Of a stretch of DNA of 32,000 nucleotides, positions 9,548 to 17,408 are shown in pieces (the first letter of the stretch is position 1; each line of letters opens with the position of its first letter). Position numbers and translations under genes: made by a program. The stretch is from NCBI RefSeq assembly GCF_014204945.1, contig NZ_JACHMN010000002.1, positions 974,503 to 1,006,502 of the forward strand, given 5' to 3'. The notes beneath the pieces were generated by a model. The model made no database searches. It was not told where the DNA came from and saw nothing but the letters and a program-made list of their open reading frames with translations. This DNA comes from Allocatelliglobosispora scoriae. GTDB taxonomy: Bacteria; Actinomycetota; Actinomycetes; Mycobacteriales; Micromonosporaceae.

Positions 9548-9605
9548 CGTTTCGCAGCAAAGCGTGGCCTCCCGTAGGCGGGAGGCCACGCTTTGCTGCG
9601 AAACG
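9548..9605 (-). terminator. Hairpin family A, copy 2: perfect 27-bp stem, 4-nt loop
   Basis: cgtttcgcagcaaagcgtggcctcccg (9548-9574) / cgggaggccacgctttgctgcgaaacg (9579-9605). It begins 7 nt beyond the S8 protease stop. Confidence 0.93.
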
Positions 9606-9612
9606 GAGCGGG

Positions 9613-10830
9613 TTAGACGGGGACGAAGCCTGCGAAGAGCAGCAGGTTCGGCGAGCCCACGCCGGGGTTGATCACCACATTGGGGGTGGCGTTGTTGACC
9701 AGGGCGAGCGCCGTCTGGTCGGCGTTGTCAGCCGGGAACCGCCAGCGCCACAGCGCCGCGACGCCGGCCGCGTGCGGCGACGCCATCGAGGTGCCCGAGA
9801 GCGTGGCGTAGGCGTTGTCGGCGGTGCCGTACGCGGAGTAGATGCCCTGGCCGGGGGCGAAGAGGTCGAGGCACGGTCCGAAGTTGGAGAAGGTGGCCCG
9901 AGCGTCGGTGTTGGTGGTCGCGCCGACCGTGGTGGCCCTCGGTACCCGGGCCGGGGAGAAGCCGCACGCGTTGAGGTTGGAGTTGCCCGCCGCGACCGAG
10001 TAGTGCACGTTCGCGGTGATCGAGTTGGTCACCGCGGTGTCCAGCGGCGGGAAGGCGCTGCCGCCGAGGCTCATGTTGGCCACGCTCGGCGGCGCCGGGG
10101 AGAGGATCTGCTGCAGCGTGACCCAGTTGACCCCGGCGATGACGCCGGCGGCCGTACCCGAGCCCGCGCAGTTGAGCACCCGGACCGAGATGAGCTTGAC
10201 CTGCTTCGCCACGCCGACCGTCTTGCCGCCGACCGTGCCGGCGACGTGGGTGCCGTGACCGTTGCAGTCGGCACCGGTGCCGCCGAACGCGTCGAAGCCG
10301 GGGACCGCGCGCCCGCCGAACTCGACGTGGGTGTAGCGGATGCCGGTGTCGATGATGTAGGCCCGGACGCCGGGTGCGGTGTTGGCGTAGTGGTACTTGT
10401 TGTCCAGCGGCAGGGAGCGCTCGTCGATCCGGTCCAGGCCCCACGACGGGGTCGGCGTCTGCACGCTGACCTGCGTCGTCACCTCCTGGTCCTGGGCGAC
10501 GTACTCCACCAGCGGGTCGGCCGCGACCCGCGCCGCGGTGGCGTCGTCGGCCGCGATGGCGAAGCCCCGCAGGGCGGTGCCGTACTCGAAGGTCGTGCGC
10601 AGGTTGTACTTCGCCTTCAGCTCGTCGCTCGTATTCGACGGCGACGAGTCCTTGAAGACGACGATGTAGCTGCCGGGGACCGCGCCGGGCGACTCGGCGT
10701 AGAGCACCTTGCCCAGCGTGGTGTTCGCGCTCGCCACAGGCAGCGACGATTGGGCGGGTACGCCGGTCAGACCCACCGCGGCGGCGATACCCACCACGAT
10801 GACGAGCCGACGGATTGAACGATTGTTCAT
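9613..10830 (-). CDS. Secreted S8 (subtilisin/kexin-like) serine protease with I9-type propeptide
   Basis: PGSYIVVFKDS propeptide; AYIIDTGIRYTHVEF (Asp), DCNGHGTHVAGTVGG (His), LSGTSMASPHAAGVAAL (Ser). ATG at 10830. Confidence 0.95.
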   Translation of the reverse strand: MNNRSIRRLVIVVGIAAAVGLTGVPAQSSLPVASANTTLGKVLYAESPGAVPGSYIVVFKDSSPSNTSDELKAKYNLRTTFEYGTALRGFAIAADDATAARVAADPLVEYVAQDQEVTTQVSVQTPTPSWGLDRIDERSLPLDNKYHYANTAPGVRAYIIDTGIRYTHVEFGGRAVPGFDAFGGTGADCNGHGTHVAGTVGGKTVGVAKQVKLISVRVLNCAGSGTAAGVIAGVNWVTLQQILSPAPPSVANMSLGGSAFPPLDTAVTNSITANVHYSVAAGNSNLNACGFSPARVPRATTVGATTNTDARATFSNFGPCLDLFAPGQGIYSAYGTADNAYATLSGTSMASPHAAGVAALWRWRFPADNADQTALALVNNATPNVVINPGVGSPNLLLFAGFVPV

Positions 10831-10924
10831 TGGCCATCCTTCGGTTGATGTGACGGTGCGGCGGGTGCGCACATCTCACCGGTGGACGGTTGGCTTTCGG
10901 TTGCGGTTCGGTTGGGGTGCGGCG

Positions 10925-11371
10925 TCAGGATCGGTTGATCAGGATGATCGCGTCCAGGATGCGGTGCCAGTCCAGCTCGCCGAGCGGCCGGTCTGCGGTC
11001 GCGGCGACGGCCGCCATCGCGCCGAGCAGCTTCTGGCGCTGGTCGAGCAGCGCTGTGCCGCCCGCTTCGGCGAGGCGGCCGGCCTCAGCGGCGAAGCGCG
11101 CCGTTCTGGCGTACGCCACCAGGGTTTCTGGAAGCGCGACCGGCTCGACCGGAGCATCGTCGGCGACGAGCTCGACGGCGAGCCGGGCGCCGAGGGCCTC
11201 GGCGAGCGCGGCGAGGGCTGCGACCGTGGGATTGCCGCGACCGTTCTCCAGATTGGCGATGTAGGGCACGGAGAGTCCGGCCTCGACGGCGACCGAGGCG
11301 ATCGTGCGCCCGGCGGCCGTGCGGCGGGCCCGCAGCCGCCGCCCCAGCTCCGCCGTGGATTCTGTTCTCAC
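10925..11371 (-). CDS. XRE-family transcriptional regulator
   Basis: MRTESTAELGRRLRARRTAAGRTIASVAVEAGLSVPYIANLENGRGNPTVAALAALAEALG, a classic HTH_3. GTG at 11371. Confidence 0.88.
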   Translation of the reverse strand: MRTESTAELGRRLRARRTAAGRTIASVAVEAGLSVPYIANLENGRGNPTVAALAALAEALGARLAVELVADDAPVEPVALPETLVAYARTARFAAEAGRLAEAGGTALLDQRQKLLGAMAAVAATADRPLGELDWHRILDAIILINRS

Positions 11372-11381
11372 AAAACAAATC

Positions 11382-11411
11382 TTGCCACAGATTGTTCTGT
11401 CGGAATAGAGT
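11382..11411 (+). promoter_or_regulatory. Candidate promoter for the divergent MFS gene (possibly leaderless)
   Basis: ttgcca (11382-11387), 18-nt spacer, tagagt (11406-11411), with ATG 8 nt later at 11420. Confidence 0.4.
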
Positions 11412-11419
11412 CGCCGACC

Positions 11420-12622
11420 ATGCGCGTCCCTCAGAACCGCGACTTCCGTCTGCTGTGGACCGGCGGCGTCATCTCCGGCCTCGGCTCCTGGCTGCTCATC
11501 ATCGCCGTGCCTGTGCAGGTCTTCCGCCTCACCGGTTCGCCGCTCGCCACCGGGCTGACGGTCGCCGTCGAATCGCTGCCCGCGATGCTGCTCGGGCCCT
11601 GGGCCGGCGTCCTCGTCGACCACTGGAACCGGCGGCGCATCATCGTCGGCGCCAACCTCGCCAGCGCCGCCGGGGTCGGTCTGATCCTGCTCGGCGACAC
11701 CCCGGCCCGCGTCGGCTTCATCTGGGCCGGGCTGCTGCTGGAGGCGGTCGCCGTCGTCCTCCTGCAACCCGCGACGCGCAGCATCGTCCCCGCCATCCTC
11801 GGAACCGGCGACGACCTCGTCACCGCGAACGCCGTCTCGGCCTTCACCGGCGGCGCGATGCGGCTCATCGGTCCCCCGCTCGGCACCGCCCTACTCGCCT
11901 GGGGCGGCATCGGGCTCGTCGCCTGGCTCGACGCGGCGACCTACCTCGTCGCCGCCGGGCTCACCTGCCTCGTCCGCGTCGCCGATCCCCCACGACCGGC
12001 GCTCGTCCTGCGCGAGGTCCCCCGGCACCTGGTCGACGGGCTCCGCCATCTGCGCCGGTCCCGGCTGCTGCGCGGGATGCTCGCCGCGAGCTGGGTCTAC
12101 TGGGCGGCCAACGCCGCGCTGACCGCGCTGCTCGTCCCCTTCGTCGTGCAGCGGCTCGGGCGCGACGGCGGCGACCTGGGCTACGTCATCGCCGGGCTGG
12201 GATGCGGCTTCCTCGTCGGGTCGGCGGTCAGCGGGCGACTCATCGGCCCGTACTCGACGCAGGCGGTTCTGACCTGGTCCTATGGGCTGGTCGGGCTCGC
12301 GTTCCTGCTGCTGTTCAACGCGCCGACGCTGTGGGTGGCGGTGCTGGGAGCCGCGGCGGCGGGAGTGCCGGGGTCGGTGGCGATGGTCGCGACCCAGCAC
12401 CGGATCCAGGTGGCGGCTCCGGAGGAGGTGCTGGGGCGGGTGGGCGCGGTCTTCTACGCCAGCGACGCCACGGCCGCCGTCGCCGGCGCCTTGATCGCCC
12501 CACTGGTCGTCGCCGTAAGCGGCCTCTCGACCGGGCTCAACGCGGTCAGCGTCCTCGTCATCGCGGTCGCGCCGATGACGCTGTTCCTGCTCCGCGACCC
12601 CGCCGGTGCGGAGAGTCGGTAG
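11420..12622 (+). CDS. MFS transporter
   Basis: MRVPQNRDFRLLWTGGVISGLGSWLLIIAVPVQVFRLTGSPLATGLTVAVESLPAMLLGPWAGVLVDHWNRRRIIV; multiple TM segments. Confidence 0.92.
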   Translation: MRVPQNRDFRLLWTGGVISGLGSWLLIIAVPVQVFRLTGSPLATGLTVAVESLPAMLLGPWAGVLVDHWNRRRIIVGANLASAAGVGLILLGDTPARVGFIWAGLLLEAVAVVLLQPATRSIVPAILGTGDDLVTANAVSAFTGGAMRLIGPPLGTALLAWGGIGLVAWLDAATYLVAAGLTCLVRVADPPRPALVLREVPRHLVDGLRHLRRSRLLRGMLAASWVYWAANAALTALLVPFVVQRLGRDGGDLGYVIAGLGCGFLVGSAVSGRLIGPYSTQAVLTWSYGLVGLAFLLLFNAPTLWVAVLGAAAAGVPGSVAMVATQHRIQVAAPEEVLGRVGAVFYASDATAAVAGALIAPLVVAVSGLSTGLNAVSVLVIAVAPMTLFLLRDPAGAESR

Positions 12623-12665
12623 GCTATCCAGAGATCGACCTGTCTCACCACCATGGGGTGTCTCC

Positions 12666-14390
12666 GTGTCGTATGTCTTCCTCTCCTACGGCCACGGCGA
12701 CGCAGCCGACTACGTCGAACGGCTCGCCGGATGGCTGGGCGAGGCCGGCGTGCCGATCTGGTACGACAAGGAGATCATCTCGGGTCACCGCTGGTCACGC
12801 GTCATCCAGCAGCGGATCGAGGGCTGCTCCGCGTTCATCGTCGTCATGACGCCGCAGGCGGACCAGTCGGAGTGGGTGGAGCGGGAGCTCACCCTCGCCG
12901 AGAGCCTGGGCAAACCGGTGCTGCCGATGCTGCTCGCCGGTCGGCCGTTCTTCCGGCTCGGCAACCGGCAGTTCGAGGATGTCACCGATACGGCGCTGCC
13001 CGGCTCGGCATTCCTCGCCACCGTCCGCAGCCTGGCCGGGGTCACTCCCCCGGCCCCGCTGACCGTCCTCGGGGCCGCCGAACCGCCGCCCGTGCAAACC
13101 GCCGAACCGGTGCCCGTGCAAACCGCCGAACCGGTGCCCGTGCAAACCGCTGAACCGCTGTCCCTGCGGTCCGGTGAACCGCTGTCCTCCGCGCGGACAG
13201 GTGAACCGCGGCAACGGCAGCCGTCGCCCGGCCGGCCGCGGCTCGGCACCCGGCGCGTCCGGCTCCTGGCCCTCACCGCGTCCGCGGTCGCCGTCGTGCT
13301 GGTCGGGTCGCTGCTCGTGCGGCAGTTCGGCCGGGAGAGCGACAAGCCGTCCGCGCCGCCGGACACCGCAGCCCACGGCACGACTCCGGCCCTCGCCATC
13401 AGCCCGGACGGTCGCCTCCTCTACGTCGCCATCACCCGCATGCACATCACCGGAGGGACCCGAACCCTCACGACCGGCAGCCTGGTCGCCGTCAACACAC
13501 AGGCCGGGACCGTCATCCCGAACTCCCACGCCGAAAACGGCGGGAATGGCATGTCGATCACCAGCGCACCGGACGACGCCGCGATCACGGCGGACGGCAA
13601 GCGGCTCTACCTCGGCCGCTTCACCGACCCGTTCCTGATCCGGATCACCGCGCTGGTCCCGGAGCCGAGAGGTATCGGGCGAGGGGTGGACCTCGGCACC
13701 ACTGCCGACCCGGTCGAGGGGGTCCGCAGCGTGGCGTTGAGCCCGGACGGCAAGCGCGCCTACCTGGCCGACGAGCCGACCGCCACCGTCTCCGTGGTCG
13801 ACACGGTGACGGAGAAGCAGGTCGGCAATCCGATCACCGTCGGCCGGGCGCCGCGCGACCTGGTCATGAACCCGACCGGCACGCGGCTCTTCGCCGCCGG
13901 TTCGGCCGCCTCCACGGTCAGCGTCGTCGACACCGCGACCAACGAGGTCATCGCCGCCCCCGCCGTCGGCCGCGGCCCGCGCGGGCTGTTCATCAGGGGA
14001 GACGGGCGCCGGCTCTACGTCGCCAACGCCGAGGCGGGCGGAGTCTCGATCATCGACACCGGCGACAACACGGTGGTGACGCAGTTCCCTGCGGCCTGCG
14101 GAGCGCATCCGATCGCGGTGGCGGTCTCCGACCAGGGCAACCGGCTGCACACCATCTGCGAGGACTCCGACGTGGTCGGCGTCCAGGATGCCGGGAGCGG
14201 GGCGGCTCTCGGATCTCCCACCGCCCGGACCACGCGCCCGGCGAGGTCGATGCTGCTCAGCCCCGACGGGAAGCGGCTGTATGTGGCGGTCGTGGAGGCG
14301 AAGACGGTCACCATCACGATGATCGACACCACCACCAACACCGCAGTGATGGACCCCATCGTCGCCGACACCTGGCTCGTCGACGGTTAG
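12666..14390 (+). CDS. TIR-domain protein with predicted TM helix and C-terminal YVTN-type beta-propeller
   Basis: N-term SYVFLSYGHGDAADYVERLAGWLGEAGVPIWYDKEI...FIVVMTPQADQSEWVERELTLAESLGKPVLPMLL (TIR). Linker VQTAEPVP x3; TM VRLLALTASAVAVVLVGSLLV. Repeats such as LSPDGKRAYLADEPTATVSVVDTVTEKQVGNPITVGRAPRDLVMNPTGTRLFAAG. GTG start at 12666. Confidence 0.88.
   Translation: MSYVFLSYGHGDAADYVERLAGWLGEAGVPIWYDKEIISGHRWSRVIQQRIEGCSAFIVVMTPQADQSEWVERELTLAESLGKPVLPMLLAGRPFFRLGNRQFEDVTDTALPGSAFLATVRSLAGVTPPAPLTVLGAAEPPPVQTAEPVPVQTAEPVPVQTAEPLSLRSGEPLSSARTGEPRQRQPSPGRPRLGTRRVRLLALTASAVAVVLVGSLLVRQFGRESDKPSAPPDTAAHGTTPALAISPDGRLLYVAITRMHITGGTRTLTTGSLVAVNTQAGTVIPNSHAENGGNGMSITSAPDDAAITADGKRLYLGRFTDPFLIRITALVPEPRGIGRGVDLGTTADPVEGVRSVALSPDGKRAYLADEPTATVSVVDTVTEKQVGNPITVGRAPRDLVMNPTGTRLFAAGSAASTVSVVDTATNEVIAAPAVGRGPRGLFIRGDGRRLYVANAEAGGVSIIDTGDNTVVTQFPAACGAHPIAVAVSDQGNRLHTICEDSDVVGVQDAGSGAALGSPTARTTRPARSMLLSPDGKRLYVAVVEAKTVTITMIDTTTNTAVMDPIVADTWLVDG
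13089..13160 (+). repeat. In-frame tandem repeat, 3 x 24 bp
   Basis: cccgtgcaaaccgccgaaccggtg / cccgtgcaaaccgccgaaccggtg / cccgtgcaaaccgctgaaccgctg, encoding PVQTAEPV repeats in the cytoplasmic linker. Confidence 0.95.
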
Positions 14391-14452
14391 TCGGCCACTC
14401 TTCGTGCCGAACCCGGGTGCTGCCATCGGCCAATGTGCGTCACACCCGTGAC

Positions 14453-14914
14453 TCAGATGAATCCGAGTTCCTCATCCAGGGCTGTCAGGTCATTCGCCGC
14501 GCGCAGCGTGCGCGCGTCATCTGCACGCTGGTAATCCATCAGGGACTTGAGTTCTATCCGTCGGTGGCTGCCCACCATTCGGTACCGGATCTCACCAGCG
14601 TCGAGCAGCCCGATCAAGAACGGCCGCGACACGTTCAACAGGTCGGCTGCCTGCTGGCTCGTCAGCTCGGATTCCATCGGCAGCACCGCCACACCATGCC
14701 CCTCGGCGAGGTGCGACAGGACTCGGGCCAGCAGAACGACGGCCTCCCGAGGGACCGACAACTCGTCGTGGGGCGAATCGGCCACCACGATGTGGACCTC
14801 TTGCGGACCGTCCGGATGGTTGCGCAGGTAGGAGCGAACTCGATCTAGCGCCTGAGAGGCGACCTCGATAACACGAGCACTCGGCGGTTCAGCATTCAGC
14901 GGGATGGCGGTCAC
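14453..14914 (-). CDS. Excisionase-family (HTH_17) DNA-binding protein, antitoxin-like
   Basis: LPMESELTSQQAADLLNVSRPFLIGLLDAGEIRYRMVGSHRRIELKSLMDYQR, the typical DNA-binding part of antitoxins paired with PIN toxins. Confidence 0.8.
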   Translation of the reverse strand: MTAIPLNAEPPSARVIEVASQALDRVRSYLRNHPDGPQEVHIVVADSPHDELSVPREAVVLLARVLSHLAEGHGVAVLPMESELTSQQAADLLNVSRPFLIGLLDAGEIRYRMVGSHRRIELKSLMDYQRADDARTLRAANDLTALDEELGFI

Positions 14915-14949
14915 GTCGACCTCACTTGTTTGCGGTGCTAACCGAAATA

Positions 14950-14977
14950 ATCATAACATCCGCAATAACCGAAACAA
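14950..14977 (-). promoter_or_regulatory. Candidate promoter of the antitoxin-like gene
   Basis: Minus strand TTGTTT (14972-14977), 16-nt spacer, TATGAT (14950-14955), in a local AT-rich island; flanked by repeats taaccgaaa(t/c)aa. Confidence 0.5.
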
Positions 14978-15014
14978 CGGCGGTCGCCGACCTGCGGGAA
15001 GGGAGGCGGGAGCC

Positions 15015-16616
15015 CTAGATGGAGCTCGGCTGGATGTGCCTGGGGTGGTTGAGCCACCAGTAGGCGGCGATCCGGGCCGGTGCAGCGAGCCGCGAGTCGT
15101 CCTTGATCCGCCGCAGTACGCCCTGCTGGCGGGCGATCCCCGCCGCGTAGGCGACGGCGCGGGCGTTGCCGGCGCCGGCCGGGGTCGCGATCATGCCGCA
15201 GAGATCGTTCCAGAACGCGGTCGGCATCCGAGTATCGCTCGGCACGTGGGCGACCGACCAGATGGCGGCGTCGCGGACCGGGGCGGCCACGGTGGGATCC
15301 AGGATCAGCTCCTGTACCGCCTCCCGGCCGAGGTGATCACCGACAGCGGTGAGCGACTGGACCAGGTGCGACGCGAGCACGACGTCCGCGCGGCTGACCG
15401 GCGTGCGCAGCTCGGCGGTGATCACTCGCCCGGCCGATCGGCGGTACGGCGTGGCGGCGAGCATCCGTGCGGCGATCACACGGCGCGAGAAGTGCGGGTG
15501 CAGCAGGGCTTCCTCGACGAGCCAGGAGAGCATGAGATCGTCACCGGGTTGATGATCCGGAACGCATGCGGCGATCATCCGGGTGATCCGATCGACCAGC
15601 GGCTGATGCTGCCGGCTCGTCCGGCCGCTGGTATAGACACTGTGCACCAGCTCATCGCGGGCGATGGCGGGTGCCAGCGCCCGCCGCAGGCTGGTCTCGA
15701 TGTGCGGTGTCCGCCTGAGCAGGTCGGCGGCCGCCATGCGCGCCGGGACGAGACGCTCCTGGGTGAGCAGCGCGGCAGCCTCCCTGGTCAGGATTGCCCG
15801 ATCAGCCGGCGAGAAGTGCCCGCGAGTGACCTTCTCCGCGGCGGTCCACCAGGCGGCCTGCCGCGCCTGTTCGTTGATCGGCCGGACGATGGCGTTGATC
15901 ACGTGCCGGGCGGCCAGGCGGCCGCCCGCGGCCTCCAGGATCGTCATCGGCTCGTTGAACACCTGGTTGGTGGGGTCGCTCACCACCGCGGCGCAGACGG
16001 CGATCAAGTCCGGTGCGAAGGCGCGGTTGCGCAGCAGCCGGTGTGCCGCCTCGTTGCGGTTGATCCAGCCCTGCCCGTCCGAGATGAGCAGCTCCCGGAG
16101 CAGGCGATCGGTGACGGCCGGGATGTGCGGTTTGATCGCTCGGCCCTTGGCCACGACGAGGCCGCAGCTCAAGGCATCCCAGTCGTTTCCCGTCATGAGC
16201 TCCGTGCTGAGTGCTTTCTCCAGCAACTCGTCCACGACCACGGGATCACTGACGGGGCGGGCCATCACCCGCTTTCCGCCGCCGCTATGAATTTCACGAT
16301 AGATGAGATCCGCGGTGGCGGTCAGAATGGCCATCGGTAGGCCAAGCAATTCCTCATACCGGCGGATGACCGCATAACCGGGAGGGTCGACGCCCCGCTC
16401 CCATCGCGATATCTGCGCGCGATCCGCACTCCTCGTGGAACCTCCACCAAGGAATGCTCGGGAGAATTCCCGGGTTCGGTGCATTCCATGACTCGAGTCC
16501 AACAGCCGGTTGGCTCTCAGCAGCCATGCGACGCGCTGGACCCGACCCGGACCATCCGGACCGAAGCTGGTGACGGCAGGGGAGACAGGCCTGCCCCGCA
16601 TTCGCGGCTCGTCCAT
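15015..16616 (-). CDS. Large XRE-type HTH protein with long helical C-terminal region
   Basis: RVAWLLRANRLLDSSHGMHRTREFSRAFLGGGSTRSADRAQISRWERGVDPPGYAVIRRYEELLGLP, then about 400 aa rich in helices with HEAT-like character. Confidence 0.7.
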   Translation of the reverse strand: MDEPRMRGRPVSPAVTSFGPDGPGRVQRVAWLLRANRLLDSSHGMHRTREFSRAFLGGGSTRSADRAQISRWERGVDPPGYAVIRRYEELLGLPMAILTATADLIYREIHSGGGKRVMARPVSDPVVVDELLEKALSTELMTGNDWDALSCGLVVAKGRAIKPHIPAVTDRLLRELLISDGQGWINRNEAAHRLLRNRAFAPDLIAVCAAVVSDPTNQVFNEPMTILEAAGGRLAARHVINAIVRPINEQARQAAWWTAAEKVTRGHFSPADRAILTREAAALLTQERLVPARMAAADLLRRTPHIETSLRRALAPAIARDELVHSVYTSGRTSRQHQPLVDRITRMIAACVPDHQPGDDLMLSWLVEEALLHPHFSRRVIAARMLAATPYRRSAGRVITAELRTPVSRADVVLASHLVQSLTAVGDHLGREAVQELILDPTVAAPVRDAAIWSVAHVPSDTRMPTAFWNDLCGMIATPAGAGNARAVAYAAGIARQQGVLRRIKDDSRLAAPARIAAYWWLNHPRHIQPSSI

Positions 16617-16838
16617 GCTTCGAGGCTATGCGTTATCAATTGATCAGTGGCGATATTCGCGGGGGTTGCATGTTGCCAAAAGTTCAACAATTCCCATCGC
16701 GGGTGTACAGGCACGTCGCGAGAACACGCTCCTGCCGCCTGCGGACAGATGCGGCCGAACCTTCAACAAAAGCCTTGTGCCCGCAGCATTTGCCTACCTT
16801 CGAAGTAGAGCCAACCCCACCTATCGACGGAGGTAGCA

Positions 16839-17231
16839 ATGCTCACCGAACTCAGGTCACCGACGTCTGCGAGGCGTCCGGTCGCCCGCCTCGTCGCGGC
16901 GCTGATGATCGTCGCGGCCGGTGCGATGGCACCGTTCGCCCTCAGCGAGCCGGCCGCCGCGGCCGCCTGCAACATCTGGCCCGGCACCAACGAGAACCGC
17001 CCCGGGGCCTTCCTCGGCGCCGGAGTGAACATCCGGACCGGTCCGGGCACCAACTGCGTCGTTCTCGGCGCGGGCTACACCAACCACAGCGTCACCTACC
17101 GCTGCTGGACCTGGGGCGACAACGTCAACGGCACCTCCTCCTGGACGCTGCTGAGGGACAACTCCACCGGCGTCACCGGCTGGGTGAACGACAGCCTGCT
17201 CAGCAACTTCGGCTCCCAGCAGTTCTGCTAG
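16839..17231 (+). CDS. Secreted small bacterial SH3-domain protein
   Basis: Signal peptide RLVAALMIVAAGAMAPFALSEPAAAAA followed by GVNIRTGPGTNCVVLGAGYTNHSVTYRCWTWGDNVNGTSSWTLLRDNSTGVTGWVNDSLL. Confidence 0.88.
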   Translation: MLTELRSPTSARRPVARLVAALMIVAAGAMAPFALSEPAAAAACNIWPGTNENRPGAFLGAGVNIRTGPGTNCVVLGAGYTNHSVTYRCWTWGDNVNGTSSWTLLRDNSTGVTGWVNDSLLSNFGSQQFC

Positions 17232-17244
17232 CCCGGGGACCAGG

Positions 17245-17278
17245 GCGGCGGCGGATCGGGCGACCGACCCGCCGCCGC
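17245..17278 (+). terminator. GC hairpin downstream of the SH3 gene
   Basis: gcggcggcgg (17245-17254) / ccgccgccgc (17269-17278) with tcgg/ccga pairing inside, 14 nt past the stop. Confidence 0.7.
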
Positions 17279-17408
17279 TCCACGGGGTTGCCGGACTCGG
17301 CCACATGCCCGACTTCGCCGTGGTGGCCGCGACCGCGCCCGCACGATCGGAGCGGGCGACGGGCCGTGTCGAGGGCGACATCGGCGGACGGTGCCCTAGC
17401 GTGGGGGT

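Noticed and set aside
12795-14426. 543-aa minus-strand ORF
   Set aside because: Exact antisense to the TIR-propeller gene. Arg/Gly/Asp/Glu-rich low-complexity translation is typical of the non-coding frame in GC-rich DNA.
14391-14452. Searched for a PIN or other toxin downstream of the antitoxin-like gene
   Set aside because: Only 62 nt are available and no ORF is present.
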